From Botryllus schlosseri (Eukaryota), in assembly GCA_051294905.1 (NCBI GenBank), contig CM119371.1:11100001-11164000 (forward strand): a DNA stretch of 64,000 bases. Reading direction: 5' to 3'. Numbering within the stretch: position 1 is the first letter of the stretch; each line of letters starts with the position of its first letter. The notes beneath the pieces were generated by a model, which had not been told where the DNA came from, did no database searches, and saw nothing but the letters and a program-made list of their open reading frames with translations. A program made the translations under genes and the position numbers. Positions 12,640-24,789 of this stretch are shown here, piece after piece.

Positions 12640-14330
12640 CATCACTGTTTCAAATACTATGATAATTCCTGCTCATATTACCTCTCACAGTTGCTGAATG
12701 TACACTGAACACTTGTAGAGTGAAACGGGACTAGACATTTCCGAGTTATCAATATCGTTGGGAGATGTGCCAATTGTAATCAGCAACATCAAGTTTATAT
12801 TTGGGAATAGACAGATACTTTAAGAGTACGCTTTACAGTCCATACTCCTCATTGCCGTGGTGCTTCAAGACCTTTAAATATGCTGTAGTAAATTCCTACC
12901 GATAAAAACGTTTCCACAACCTGAAGATAACAAACGGCATGTATAGCAAAGCGTCACATAGGCCCGGTAATTCTGTAATGACTGGGACAACCGGTCAGTT
13001 ATCATCAGAAATGAAACATAAATCACCGCACATCGCTTGCCATTTACGTTGTACTTTCTATAAGTCATGACAACGTCACTAAAGGAATGCATCATTGCCA
13101 GCTCATCTGGCTTCGACCAGTTCTGTAGCACCGACTCACGAAGTTGTATGATGTCATCGCACAGGTTAACGTTACTGGTTACTGTCAACAAATTTCTGTA
13201 AAATAACAGGTAAAAAAATTGGATGTTTCTAGTGGATGAATCAAATGAGCAATTTGAATCCGACCACCGTCGTTGAGAAGATAACGATAATTTGAAGTAA
13301 TGAACGATTTTATTAAAACCGGACTATAATAAAATGGTAGCGGTCGGTGGAAATCATAATCACTTGTAAATCATAATATTCCGAACGACAAATGATAATA
13401 GTACATACGTGTATGTAGTCACCACCGATTCAGAGGCTTATACTTACTAGTTATCGAATAGAAACTCGTGATTTGTTGTCCATCGATTTGACCCATACCT
13501 AAATACGAGCTGACGCTACGGCAGTTGGAAGTTTGAGATGATCTACGAACTCTCTCAAGCCATGCTCGCGCCTAGTTTGAAGTAAATGTTTGCAGGAAGT
13601 CCGATATTCATTGATATATTTATCCGAATAAATGTTACTGCCGGTAGAATAGCATAAATATTCCAGGTTCACATCACTTTACCAGGAAAAGTTCCTTCAG
13701 ACCTCTCTACAGTAAAATTACGCGCGACTTTCTTACAGTTATACTAATATCAACTCAGCCTTTTTGGCATATGTATTGATAATACCAGCAGAACCGTTGC
13801 TCTCCACGTATAGTAAGGTTACATAGCGCTCAATATATAAGGGCTTAACATTGAAACTATATTATATAAATGTATAGTTCGGTTAATGTAGAAGAAAGTT
13901 CGGTTAATTCGATCACACCTAATCAATGATTTCCTAATCCGACACGATAGCGCAATTGTATAGCGTTCAGCTTGGTAATCGATACGTCGTTGCTTGAACT
14001 CCCCTGCCGAGTATGACGAAGATCTGATCTAATAACTGGTGTACGCGGCTTCCCGTCGGACTCATAACAGATTGGGATTGCATGGATGAAAAATACTGTT
14101 GCAGACTCTATGACAGACCTGGGCATTTTGCGGCCCGCGGGCCGCGATGCGACTCTGAGAGGTCCGCAAATATCCCTAGGAATTCAGCCTATAAATCATT
14201 TATTAATGTTAATGCCTGGACAAGAACTACTGTATAAACTCATCTGAAAATGCGTTCACCTCGAAGTTTAGTTTATTTATGTAGCGTGATTGCGTAACCA
14301 ACGTGCGTCGTGCGAGTAATCCAGGCCCTG
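12640..14330 (-). pseudogene. LGR-like GPCR pseudogene, 7TM remnant
   Basis: LQVIMISTDRYHFIIVRF (DRY at 13337-13345), TM4-like SLLQIIVIFSTTVVGFKLLI*, TM6-like LLYMPFVIFRLW; paralog at 33900-35330. Confidence 0.6.
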
Positions 14331-14649
14331 TGTTATAGTTGATAACGTAATATGTATTTTCCTTTCAGTTTCGCTTCAATGCTGGTACGACTCCAAGACA
14401 CACATCAACAAAATGACCGTCTGAAAAGAAATATTTCACTGTACAAACTCATTTTAATTGCTGATTTCCAATAGTCTGCTGATACAAACCGATGTTTCAT
14501 TACAGATAATAGATAAGGTAATTAAGTTGAAGAAGTAAGGTCAAGCACCGTGACTTCGAAATGATTGTAAAAATCAATTTTATCCTGTGATATACGATAT
14601 GCAAAACCCCTATTCAATATTAACTTTAAGATGAGCTGCTAGATAGAAA

Positions 14650-15118
14650 CGCCATGCTACACGTTATCATTGTTATCATGTTGATTAGAAATCTTTTTTA
14701 AATTTTGTTGCCAATATTTGTTGCGATCATATACCCAAAGGTGTCGCCGAAAGCGATATTTGTTATCATTACATTCGCCACCTCATATCATTGTGAAAAT
14801 GGATTTTCGGCATTAGTTGATAACAAATAGAAGGCGCGGATTTTCAAGACACGACCACACGTAGGCCTATTTCAAGAAATGCAGCTGCAGAATTCACTCT
14901 GAAGCAATTAATTTTCATCCAATTTTTATATAAATTTTATGATGTTATTTTAAAGAAAAGTCGTTTTGTTTCTGTTTATCACAAGTCCAGGCTTAATATT
15001 TGCACTAGACAGATGACTGTTGTACGATAATTGAACTATTAACTGAAACTTCGGGGGTCCAAGAGGGCTCGTGACAGTCAGCAAGAGGTCCGCGAAGACA
15101 AAAAGGTTGAGAACCACT
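14650..15118 (+). mobile_element. hAT Charlie/Buster remnant with transposase dimerization-domain fragment
   Basis: 14732-14830 reads YPKVSPKAIFVIITFATSYHCENGFSALVDNK (PFxTxYxCExGFS motif); ends AAGGTTGAGAACCACT. Confidence 0.7.
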
Positions 15119-15276
15119 AATATACGCATAGCACCACAATTTTGTCTTCAATAATATAGAACCATATACAGGGCGGCATTTAATAGTTGAATATGAACAG
15201 AAACCTGCCAATGAACGATTTTCCGACCTCTGAACTCGATTTGACGAATTTAGAAAAAAAAAGGATATATGTAAGG

Positions 15277-15980
15277 TATCGTGACTTGACTCGAGTCAGA
15301 CTCGAGTCACCTTTTTCGCATGACTTGACTTGACTCGAGTCAATTTGCCAAAATGACTTGACTTGACTTGACTCGGCGTATCAGAAATGTGGATTGACTC
15401 GTGACTCGGAGCAAAATTCACGAGTCAATTTCAAGTCATCAAGTAATCGGTGTCGATAAAAATCACTGTATCTTGGATATGTTCGGATTGTTCGCGAAAC
15501 GCTTGTGTAACCCGTGAGACTAAGAGCGACCAATCATTCAATGAGCGTGCATTTCACCGAGCTTCGATTGTTCTCTCACAAATAGATTGACTGCATACGA
15601 AGTGATCGAAGCTAGAAGCTTACGTTGTCGTAACTCTAGTGGTAAAGTAATAGAATAGCAAAATGTCTATTTCTGTTCTGTTCTGTTCTCATCTTACCTT
15701 AACCAAACCGAGTGTTTTATTAAAATTGAAGTCGAATATAGTTTATATAGTCCTTAACCATTGGCGCAGGCTCGAATGGTATCATATCTATTTGTAAATG
15801 GGTAACGTATTGCCTTATCAATTCGTTTTCCTATTCTCTCTTTTGGCTGGTAACTATAAACTGAGGTTATGCAACTACGTAGTTTAACAGTTCTACGTAT
15901 ATGTGAGCGATAAAGCGGCTTCTTGCGTGTATATTTAACTCTATATTCGTTCATCGGTTCGGAATCAATGACCAATGACC
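15277..15980 (-). mobile_element. Partial reversed copy of the GAGTC-array hAT MITE
   Basis: Reverse complement of ~8750-9370; truncated where the hATm foldback begins. Confidence 0.8.
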
Positions 15981-16161
15981 ACTAGGGTTGTCCAAAATTT
16001 GGAAAATCTCAAAAAGTCTCCGTGATTGTGTCTCATTCTATAGATTATTGATAAAAAACAACAATTAGCCTGAAAGAAGCTTACAGGAAAGCCGTTAAGA
16101 TTTCGGTCAAAGCGTTTGAAAGTAGCTGCTCAAGAATGGGCGTGCCACTGACCATAGAACG

Positions 16162-16588
16162 CAGAGATGAGCGGATTTGAAATTTCTATGTCCTAATCCA
16201 ATCCAAATCCGAACCTTCAAATCCAAATCCTAATCCTAATCCATAACTTTTACATATTAAAGTCCATGTCCAATCCTAATCCGATTCCAATTGGAAATTC
16301 AGAAAAAATACTAATTTATGCAATGGAGGGATTCGAAAATTTTCTTTCACAACCAACGATTTACCTGATTCAAGATAACTTAGTGACCTTAAGTACATTA
16401 ATAACTGATCTGAATAAAGTTTGTCGCCATTCGCCACACGACATTTCAATCTCCTAGAAAATAGGTCAATCCAATCCAAATCCTAATCCGTTCTGAAAAA
16501 AATGTCTAAGCCAAATCCAATCCAAATCCGACAAAATTTCACAAATCCTGTTTTTTCAAAACCTAATCCTAATCCATGCTCATCTCTG
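16162..16588. mobile_element. hAT MITE with AATCC/AATCCT arrays
   Basis: TIR CAGAGATGAGC...GCTCATCTCTG, perfect TSD ATAGAACG. Confidence 0.9.
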
Positions 16589-17053
16589 ATAGAACGGCGA
16601 GAAGACTAGTAATCAAATAACCACGCCTCTTGATTGACTAATCGGCTATGCTTCAATGACCACGGCAGCAGCAGCTTGCTGATCAGGTGTTCAAGAAGTC
16701 TGCTACCGGCGGGGATTCTGAGTGCGCATTGTTAGTAGTTTGGCAGGTGATGATTTAAGATTAATTCAGGACATGTTTAGGTACGAAATACATGATGAAC
16801 AAACAACACCTGCTTCACGGAAGATTTTACAGCATGACTGCTTCATTGTGAAGGAAACGGCTGAAGCCTACATGTCGTGTTTTCATCGAGAGAAAGCAAA
16901 CGCGCTTATGCAAGTGTTGAGGGAATTCACCGTTTCAGTACGGATCCACCATCAGTGAATACAAATATATAAACCTTAACAATGGCAATATACTTTGTGT
17001 GATCTTATTGGATCCAAGTTGTTGTATATAGTGGAGTATTGAAGGTTCTATAG

Positions 17054-17897
17054 CAGGGGTTGGCAAACTACGGCCCGCGGGCCGCATGCGGCCCGCAACA
17101 CCGTTTTGTGCGGCCCGCGAGAGTCTAAAGAAACTTATTAAAAATACTGATAAAATGCGTACTAAATATCGAATTAATTCAGGGACTAATTAAACTTTTT
17201 CTTAGTATATTTCACCATGATAATTCTAAGGTAGTGGTTCTCAAACTGGCGGGCGTACCACCCCCCCTTGAGGGCGTGAAGGCATCTGAATGGGGGGAGG
17301 GGGGGCGAAGCCAAGCACGACTGAAAAAAATTTTCGCGCTCCGCGCAATTCACAGCCACTTCCTCATTATCGCTCTGTATTTAGTCTGAATTTCATATCT
17401 AAAAATCTCTCATCCACAGTAGTAACCTTCCATGTCATCGAATTATCCGTTAGGTTTCCTAGCATCCTGGTTGCGTTTTCACATGACGATAAGGGGCCGC
17501 GAAATCTTTCACCATCGCAAGGGGGCGTGTCTTAAAAAGTATGAGAACCACTGTTCTAAGGTAAATACTACCAATATTAGTTTTATGTTTAATTTCTGAC
17601 GCGACCATCTCAAGGCCGCCAGAATCGAGACAACCGACTTTCATCTCTATAGTTTGGACGAATTGGTCATTGAGGTTGACCAGCCTATGAAATCTCGCCA
17701 CTGTTTCTGACGCGTGTATGCTATCATCAAAGCAATGTTTGGCTGGTTTTGAATAAGCATATCTATTATCTCCGTGTCCTCACTATCAAATACCAATATT
17801 GCATTTTGGTTTATAATCCCAATTTTATATAGTGCGGCCCGCGAATGGATTGAGATGTTGAATGCGGCCCGCGAGCTCAAAAGTTTGCCCACCCCTG
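17054..17897. mobile_element. hAT Charlie-like MITE (4093 family) with nested MITE 17232-17553
   Basis: Outer TSD TTCTATAG; inner TSD TTCTAAGG. Confidence 0.9.
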
Positions 17898-19699
17898 TTC
17901 TATAGGGATCGACTGAATCGGCCGGTTATGCTTGGCAGTTATCTTACAGCAAATTGAATTCACTTATAAGAGTTGTCAAAGTCCTTAACGATGCTGCAGA
18001 AAAGAGGTTTAAGGTAAGCACAGGCTATGCTGGATATGATATCCAAACTATGCTGGATACTATATGCAGCATAGTCTGTGCTTTTCTTTACACCTCTTTT
18101 TTGTGGGATCAATAACGACTTTAACATACCATATCCAGCACAGCCTGTGCGAGTGTGCGTACATTACCACCTTTTTTCTGCGTTATCATTAAGGACTTTA
18201 ACAACGCCTACAAGTGCATTCAATTTGTTGTAATCATCTGATAAGGGCCAAGCATAACCGGCTGATTCCACCGATCCCTAGGGCATTCAAAACGTCACCT
18301 ATATATGCTACAGCTTCAGCCCAATAAGATCACACAACGTATAGTGTCATTGTTAAGCTTTATATATTTATATTCACTGATGGTGGATCCGTACTGAAAC
18401 GGTGAATTCGCTCAACACTTGCATAAGCGCCTTTGCTTTCTCTCGATGAAGACACGACATGTAGGCTTCAGCCGTTTCCTTCACAATGAAACAGTCATGC
18501 TGTAAAAGCTTCTGTGAAGCAGGTGTTGTTTTTTCATCATGTATTTCGTACCTCAACATGTCCTGAATTAATCTTGAATCATCACCTGCCAAACTAGTAA
18601 CAATGCGCACTCAGAATCCCCGCCGGTAGCAGACTTCTTGAACACCTGATCAGCAAGCTGCTGCTGCCGTGGTCATTGAAGCATAGCAGATTTACCAATC
18701 AAGAGGCGTGGTTATTTGATTACTAGTCTTCTCGCCATTCTATGGTCAGTGGCACGCCCATTCTTGAGCAGCTACTTTCAAACGCTTTGACCGAAATCTT
18801 AACGGCTTTCCTGTAAGCTTCTTTCAGGCTAATTGTTGTTTTTGTAGGTCAAAATGTTCCGTGTTTTAGGTAAAAAAATAGCCTTACTTATGATTATATA
18901 GGCGAAGGGAGGTGGTGGAATAGCAAAACGAGGCGGATTAGCGAGTTACAGACCCGACAGAAAATCTATAATTATGCGAATCTCAGATTTTCGCAGCACA
19001 AACAGCTCTACCAGTAAATCTGATGGAGTGGGCTGAGAAAGGATGAACAATTAATAGCACTATATGCCAATACCAATTATACAGAAACAATCCAATACTG
19101 AATTTGAATTTTTTTCGCCCAATAACAAGTAAACGCTGACCCCAATAACATTAGAACCTGTTTTTCTAGTAGTCCTGAGAGGGCACTGACTAAGTACTGT
19201 TGATATTAATCTGTTTTTCAACCAGCTTGGTCATAATCGGCATTTTTTTAATTCTTTGATATACGTCCGGCCTCGATTTCACGTTTTTCACTGTGTGAAG
19301 TAACCATCGGAAAGTTGATTATCAATAATAAAATAATTCATTTTAGTACTCATAAAACGACGATGGATGTGTGATTGCAGTGGAGTAAGTCAAAGTAAAG
19401 CCGCCTGAGTTCCCATTAATAAAGTTTTTATTTCAATTATTGATTTCCGTATAATATGTTTTCCTTCATGGTGTTGTCAGTAGCACAATTCGGCAACGGC
19501 TCGTCTGCTAAGGAGTACGCACTATCCGGTGGACACGAATTTATGTCATCCGTCACGTCAGCGAATGAACACGCAGCGTTTTTGCGTTCAATTGCCTCAT
19601 CATCTTTCACTTCCGCGTAAGTTGCATGTTCTTCGTATAGTGCATTTTGTCTGCTTTCTTGGATTATTTGGTGTTGGCTTTTTTTTCTGAAAATCCGGC

Positions 19700-21560
19700 G
19701 AAGATACTTGAATCATACATTCATTTGACATTTTCACGTTGTTATGAAGTTCAATTATCATATCAGAATCATTCATTAACTGCACTTCTCAATATCGTAT
19801 GTATAAATCAAAGCTTCTTAGAGAATACCATTCATGTCGTATCACATCCATACGCGCAATTTAATAGTAGCTCGGCCTCAGCAGTCAAAGAGAATTTGAA
19901 TTTGGTATACAAAAATCATTGGTACCGATTTTTAGTGTAGCATGGACGTTGTTTTCCTGAGGATATATAGGGATTTGTGTGGTGTTAAAGGATTCCAATT
20001 TATCAACTTTCGAGACCCACCGATGCAAATATATGAGATAGAAGATATGTAATGAAACAGATACTAAAATATCAATTCCTGCAAATTATACTTACTTTTT
20101 ATATACCATGACAGCTGCCGCTAACAAAATAGTCGCAACAAGAACACATGGAACTATAACTCCTGGACTAAGCGGCGATGCGTCAAGATCTGAAAAAATT
20201 CAATGATTAGCCTTCGTGTCGTTTGGCATAGGATACTGCAGCTGCATCAGGCTAGTACCTGCTGAGTCATGGAAATACGGACACTCATACCCAAATTTTC
20301 TTCATATAATAAAATACCAAATGTATCAATAAAGTTATGTGATTACGAGTAATACCAAGTGATTTGACCAGATATTAGTTGATATATAATAGCGAAGTTG
20401 AAACAATTCGTTACAGTCGAATACTATATAACATTTGGTCTCATATGAATGACTTTTTTCTCCATCAATTAGGGTGCTTAAAGATTTACTAAGCACCCTA
20501 AAAGTCGGCGCCGCTATGGGAAATTTAACGATCCTCATAAATTTTCCCGAGTCTGCGCGCACTCAACAACTCATTATACGCGATCCCTCGGACTAGAGTG
20601 TGTAACGACTAAAAAAGGGCCATAACTTCCGCTTTTTTTTGTGCGCGCCACACTCTTTTCTGTGCATGCGCGCAGACTTTGTAAGCAGTGCGCCAACGCG
20701 CAGGCGAGCATTGCCTAAAAGTGGACTGTAGCTACCAAAAGAGAAATTTCGGAAATCAGAGTAAAAGCCGGATGTACGAACTATGGGCAGCTGTATGAAA
20801 AATGAAACAATAAGTTATCAAACCAGCAAATGAATCATGAATATATTTGTTTGTTAGTCAGCGAGGTCTATTGCTGAGTCCAAGTCGCGAACACATACAG
20901 TAAAGCGCATAAAAGATAAGCGCTTAGGCTACTGCACCACGACGAAGTATCATGGCTTTAATTGAAAAACTGTCATGCATGATATCATTCATTGATTGTG
21001 TCTGTCAGAAATTTCTCGAATCATTTGTATGAGTTGTTGGTGTGTTGACCTCTAGAGAACGTCGGAAATTGACTCTGGAAACCCCTGGTTCTCCGCGGAA
21101 CAGTAGTTAAAATAATACGTAACACATACTACCATTGAACGCGGTTATTCTTGCTCCCGTTGTTGATATTCCGGCAGAAGCTGGAATATAATCTCAGATC
21201 AATATCAGATGACATGCCTTAACTTTCCTCAAGAGGGGAGGAGTAATAATACCTCATAGTAGTAGTCAATCAGTCGAAATTGCGATTTACAAATTACAAG
21301 AAGATGAGTTATAAAAACAAGCTGTATATATAGAGTGATATTACAGTGGTCACGGATGATCTTATTTGAAAACCAATATCCAAGTTTTAGGCGCTTTACT
21401 AGATTGGCTCAAGCGAAAGTTTCGGCCTGAATACATGGAAACATGAATTTGTTAAACGATGCATGTTAGCATATTTTTGCAGGAAAGCATAGGTGTTAGG
21501 CAGTGGTGTCAAACTAATTTCCAATTATTTTCACAGCTACACGGAGTATGCTTTCCATCT
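19700..21560 (-). pseudogene. LGR-like GPCR pseudogene B, hinge + 7TM remnant
   Basis: TPLPNTY/SCKNMLTCIV hinge (~21510-21450; DNA homologous to 2030-2230), ANLV (TM1-like), LVLLVIT...WYFIIY (TM3-like, ~20360-20305), VLA*CSCSIL (TM4-like) and further hydrophobic runs; interrupted by small TEs. Confidence 0.5.
20875..20946 (-). mobile_element. Degenerate tRNA-derived SINE head
   Basis: Minus strand TGGTGCAGTAG (A box-like) and GTTCGCGAC (B box-like). Confidence 0.35.
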
Positions 21561-22320
21561 ATGCCATATTAAGTTGTTTCCCATGAAGTTAGATGACAGT
21601 CACTAGATCACGGGTTCCCAAACTGGAGTCCACTGACCTCTAGGGTCTCCATTAGAAAGCATTTTGGGGTCCGTGATATCCTTGATGGATTTTAGGGAAA
21701 ATGATAAGCACATATATGTCATGTATCATAAACTGTACCGATCCGGTATGCTTAATGTTGCTGCCTATATTGTGTTAATTTAATTTAAAATAAAATCATA
21801 TTACGTAATAGAAAGCATGCGGTTTAGTTCTGGAAAGACAACCACAGCCCACTATTTTAATCTGATTACGTTGAAAAAGTATCTCGTACCACTTTTGGTC
21901 ACTTCTATAAAAATTATATCCCCAAGGGAACCAATTGGCGAAGCTGGACTAAGTCCGAACAGTACGAGGCGCAACTCCCTCTTCTCCTGTCGTGGATATG
22001 TAGTGCGCTGGTCGTCAACCCAACTTGTCTCTGTTTTTATGTTTTCACCACTTTTTTGAAGCTTCTTTATTGTAGTATGTCAATTGTTTTTTCAATTTTT
22101 TGACAATGGTGTATTCTACATTTTGTTCATTCTTCAACATCCACAACAACAACTGCAATTTGCTGTACTAGTACAGTAGTTGAGCAACATAAATATTACA
22201 ATTGTAGACAATATGTTTATTGAGTTTCAGGAGAAATTTTGGCAAAGGTCTGCAGAAAATAATAATTTCTTTAAAGGGGTCTTTGGCAACAAAAAGTTTG
22301 GAAACCACTGCAATAGATTA

Positions 22321-23340
22321 CACTGGTCAACAATATGAAATTTTTTTTTTAGGCAGAACAGCTGAGAGCCGTTTCTGGGGTTTTTGAGGTTGCTGATTAC
22401 GAATATCACATTAGTTTTGTCAGATTAGCTTTCTTTCAGAACATATTTATACCCGTAAAAAAGCCCAAAATTACTGTATTTACCCTTAAATATTTCACTT
22501 GGTAGAAAGAAAATCGTAGTTTTTCCTAATTTATACTGCGCATAAATGACTAACTGACTATGAAGAACCCCAATGTCAGTCTCAGTCCTTCTATCAATAT
22601 TAACATGGCATGATGCGAAATATTTCTTTGTCAAAAAAGCAGTTTTTCAAGCCTAAAAATTGTATTTTTTCAAAACGGAAATTCATCTTCTGTATCAGTT
22701 GGTCATTCTACCAAGATTGAAGAGGAGCATAAACTATAAAATTTGTCCATGAAAGGCTTAACTACAATACTCATATGTGTGTCATTTCTTTTGACAGGTA
22801 AATGGATAATTTTCCACTGAGTCAACAAAGTGGGTATACCTAGTAACCCTATCAAACGAGAAGCTGAAATCTGGTATCTGGTATATTCGAATAGCGATGA
22901 AAGATTCCAATTTCACATTAGAAGGAGTGCACAGCATGTAATTTCTCCTAAGATGTAGTAAATGAAACTTTCTAGCTGATCACAAAGCACCCAACTACAT
23001 ACAGTTGGTCCGAAAATTCGTATCTGCATATCGAAAACTTGTAATAAACATGAGCATAAAAGTTCACGTCCTGTTCAGTCATCTTGATATATTTCCCGAT
23101 CATCATCAAGTAGCCGTCGGCGAGTGGACGGGGCGTCGACGAAGTGGGCGGGCAAACAGAAGCCAATAATCTTGATTGGTTGAAGCCCGTAATAATAAGC
23201 TGCTGATTGGCTGAAAGACCGCTTGGTGAACACTGCTGGTAACGATTTTTGTGTGCTATTGTGCCGTCGTTTCTGTTGGTGGCATTGCAGACATGATATA
23301 TTGCCTTTTTTAATGTTGTCATCGAGAGTCCATAGTACAA
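22321..23340. mobile_element. Degraded DNA transposon with CACTGG terminus (Chapaev-like?)
   Basis: Begins CACTGGTCAACAAT; a similar terminus CACTGGGCAACAAT is at ~35764. Other end not established. Confidence 0.3.
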
Positions 23341-24789
23341 CATTGCAAAGTTTTATCTACCTGCAGAATGTGTATAACAGTGTTGCTATGTATTGCACAT
23401 GTCCTCTCGCTAGTTGAGATACGAATAAACAAGATGCATGCATCTTGGTACCTTCGAGCTTCCCAAAACTTACTGGCAAGCCGTACTTGTTATGTCTAAG
23501 TCGACGTATCACCAATAACCGAACGCATATTACACTTTTTATTCACGATTGAATGAAGGTATTAACAAAAGATTATTAAAATAGTACGCTGCAGGATCAG
23601 TGTTGCATTGTCAGGCGCAAGTAGCAGATTACAGGATTTGATTAGGGTTGACTTCCTGCTGTCTCTAACTGTCTTCCTATGCTCTTCCACAGCTTGAAGC
23701 AGACTGTCTCTCTGTTGTTCGTTGTCAGTCAAGATTGCAGCTTGGCTTTACACCTCGTTCTGCGGCGTCATTAACGACTTTGACAGAACTGATGTAGCAG
23801 CTCATCCTGGTGTAGGAATCTGATAAGTTCCAAACATCAACCGGTCGAGTACCGCGATCGTGAGCCACGCCCCAGAGCATTCAAAAAGATCAAATATGTA
23901 CCACGACTGACCAAAGTAGTGTCCTTGTTGATCTGTAAAGTTGCACTCAACGAGGCCGGGCCCCTCCTGAAACTTGGAAGTACGCTCTACCTGCAGGAGC
24001 GTCTTTGCCATATTTGCTCGGGTTTCAATGCTTTCACTCGACGAAAACAAGGCATATACAGCGGTTTCCTCCACGATATACCAGTAATACTTCAAAAGCT
24101 TTTGTAAAGCAGCTTTGGAGACTTGTTTATCATGTTCATTGTAACTCAACATGTCCTGGGTGAATCTCAAGTCATTGCCGGCTGCATCACGATCGATGCT
24201 GGAATCAACCCAGGGAAGTAGGCTATATAAAAGTCAATTAAAAAAATTGAAGCGATGCTGTAGTTCCACTTCTTCAGATTCGTAAAGTCACTTATAAGCC
24301 CACATGAACATCTTCTGAGCATACAGAATTGTGCCCATCCATCTTGCATGATGTGTTGCAGCTGGTTTGTGATAATGTAGGCCTATATCTTCACCTGTAC
24401 CGATAAGAGCAAGAGCATTAGTCACATATTGTCTGTAGTCATCCCGTGTGAAGAAATCTTTTGTATTCAGTAGTAGCTTGAAGTTATTAACTGTTATTGC
24501 TGCTCGTTCTTTAAAACATATAGGAATAGTCAGAGTATTGAATTGCTGTTTTCTGTCAAGACTGCTCATGCTCTTCTTAAGAAGCGCATACAATGTGATC
24601 ACGCCATCTTTCGTGCAGGTTTTGAAGTGATCACACCACATCTGATTTCTGCATTGTCGCAATGCTCGCCATTTCACCCTGTCATTACATCATCCAGCAC
24701 CACATTACATTAGTAGGGGTTGACTGAGCACAATGCTCTTTCTGATGCAGAAAGTATCTCATTACTCTCGTATAGTAGGTAATCTCGAG

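Larger units (their letters stand above)
15983..18843. mobile_element. hATm-derived foldback element, copy 1 (large inverted duplication)
   Basis: Starts TAGGGTTGTCCAAAATTTGGAAAAT. Arms are inverted about ~18100. ORFs 16722-16958(+) and 18374-18610(-) are 69/78 aa identical and similar to transposase segment 23802-24190. The right arm lacks the outermost ~80 bp. Confidence 0.8.

Noticed and set aside
16722..16958. Independent small gene duplicated at 18374-18610
   Set aside because: A degenerate transposase fragment in the foldback arms, starting at a non-ATG codon.
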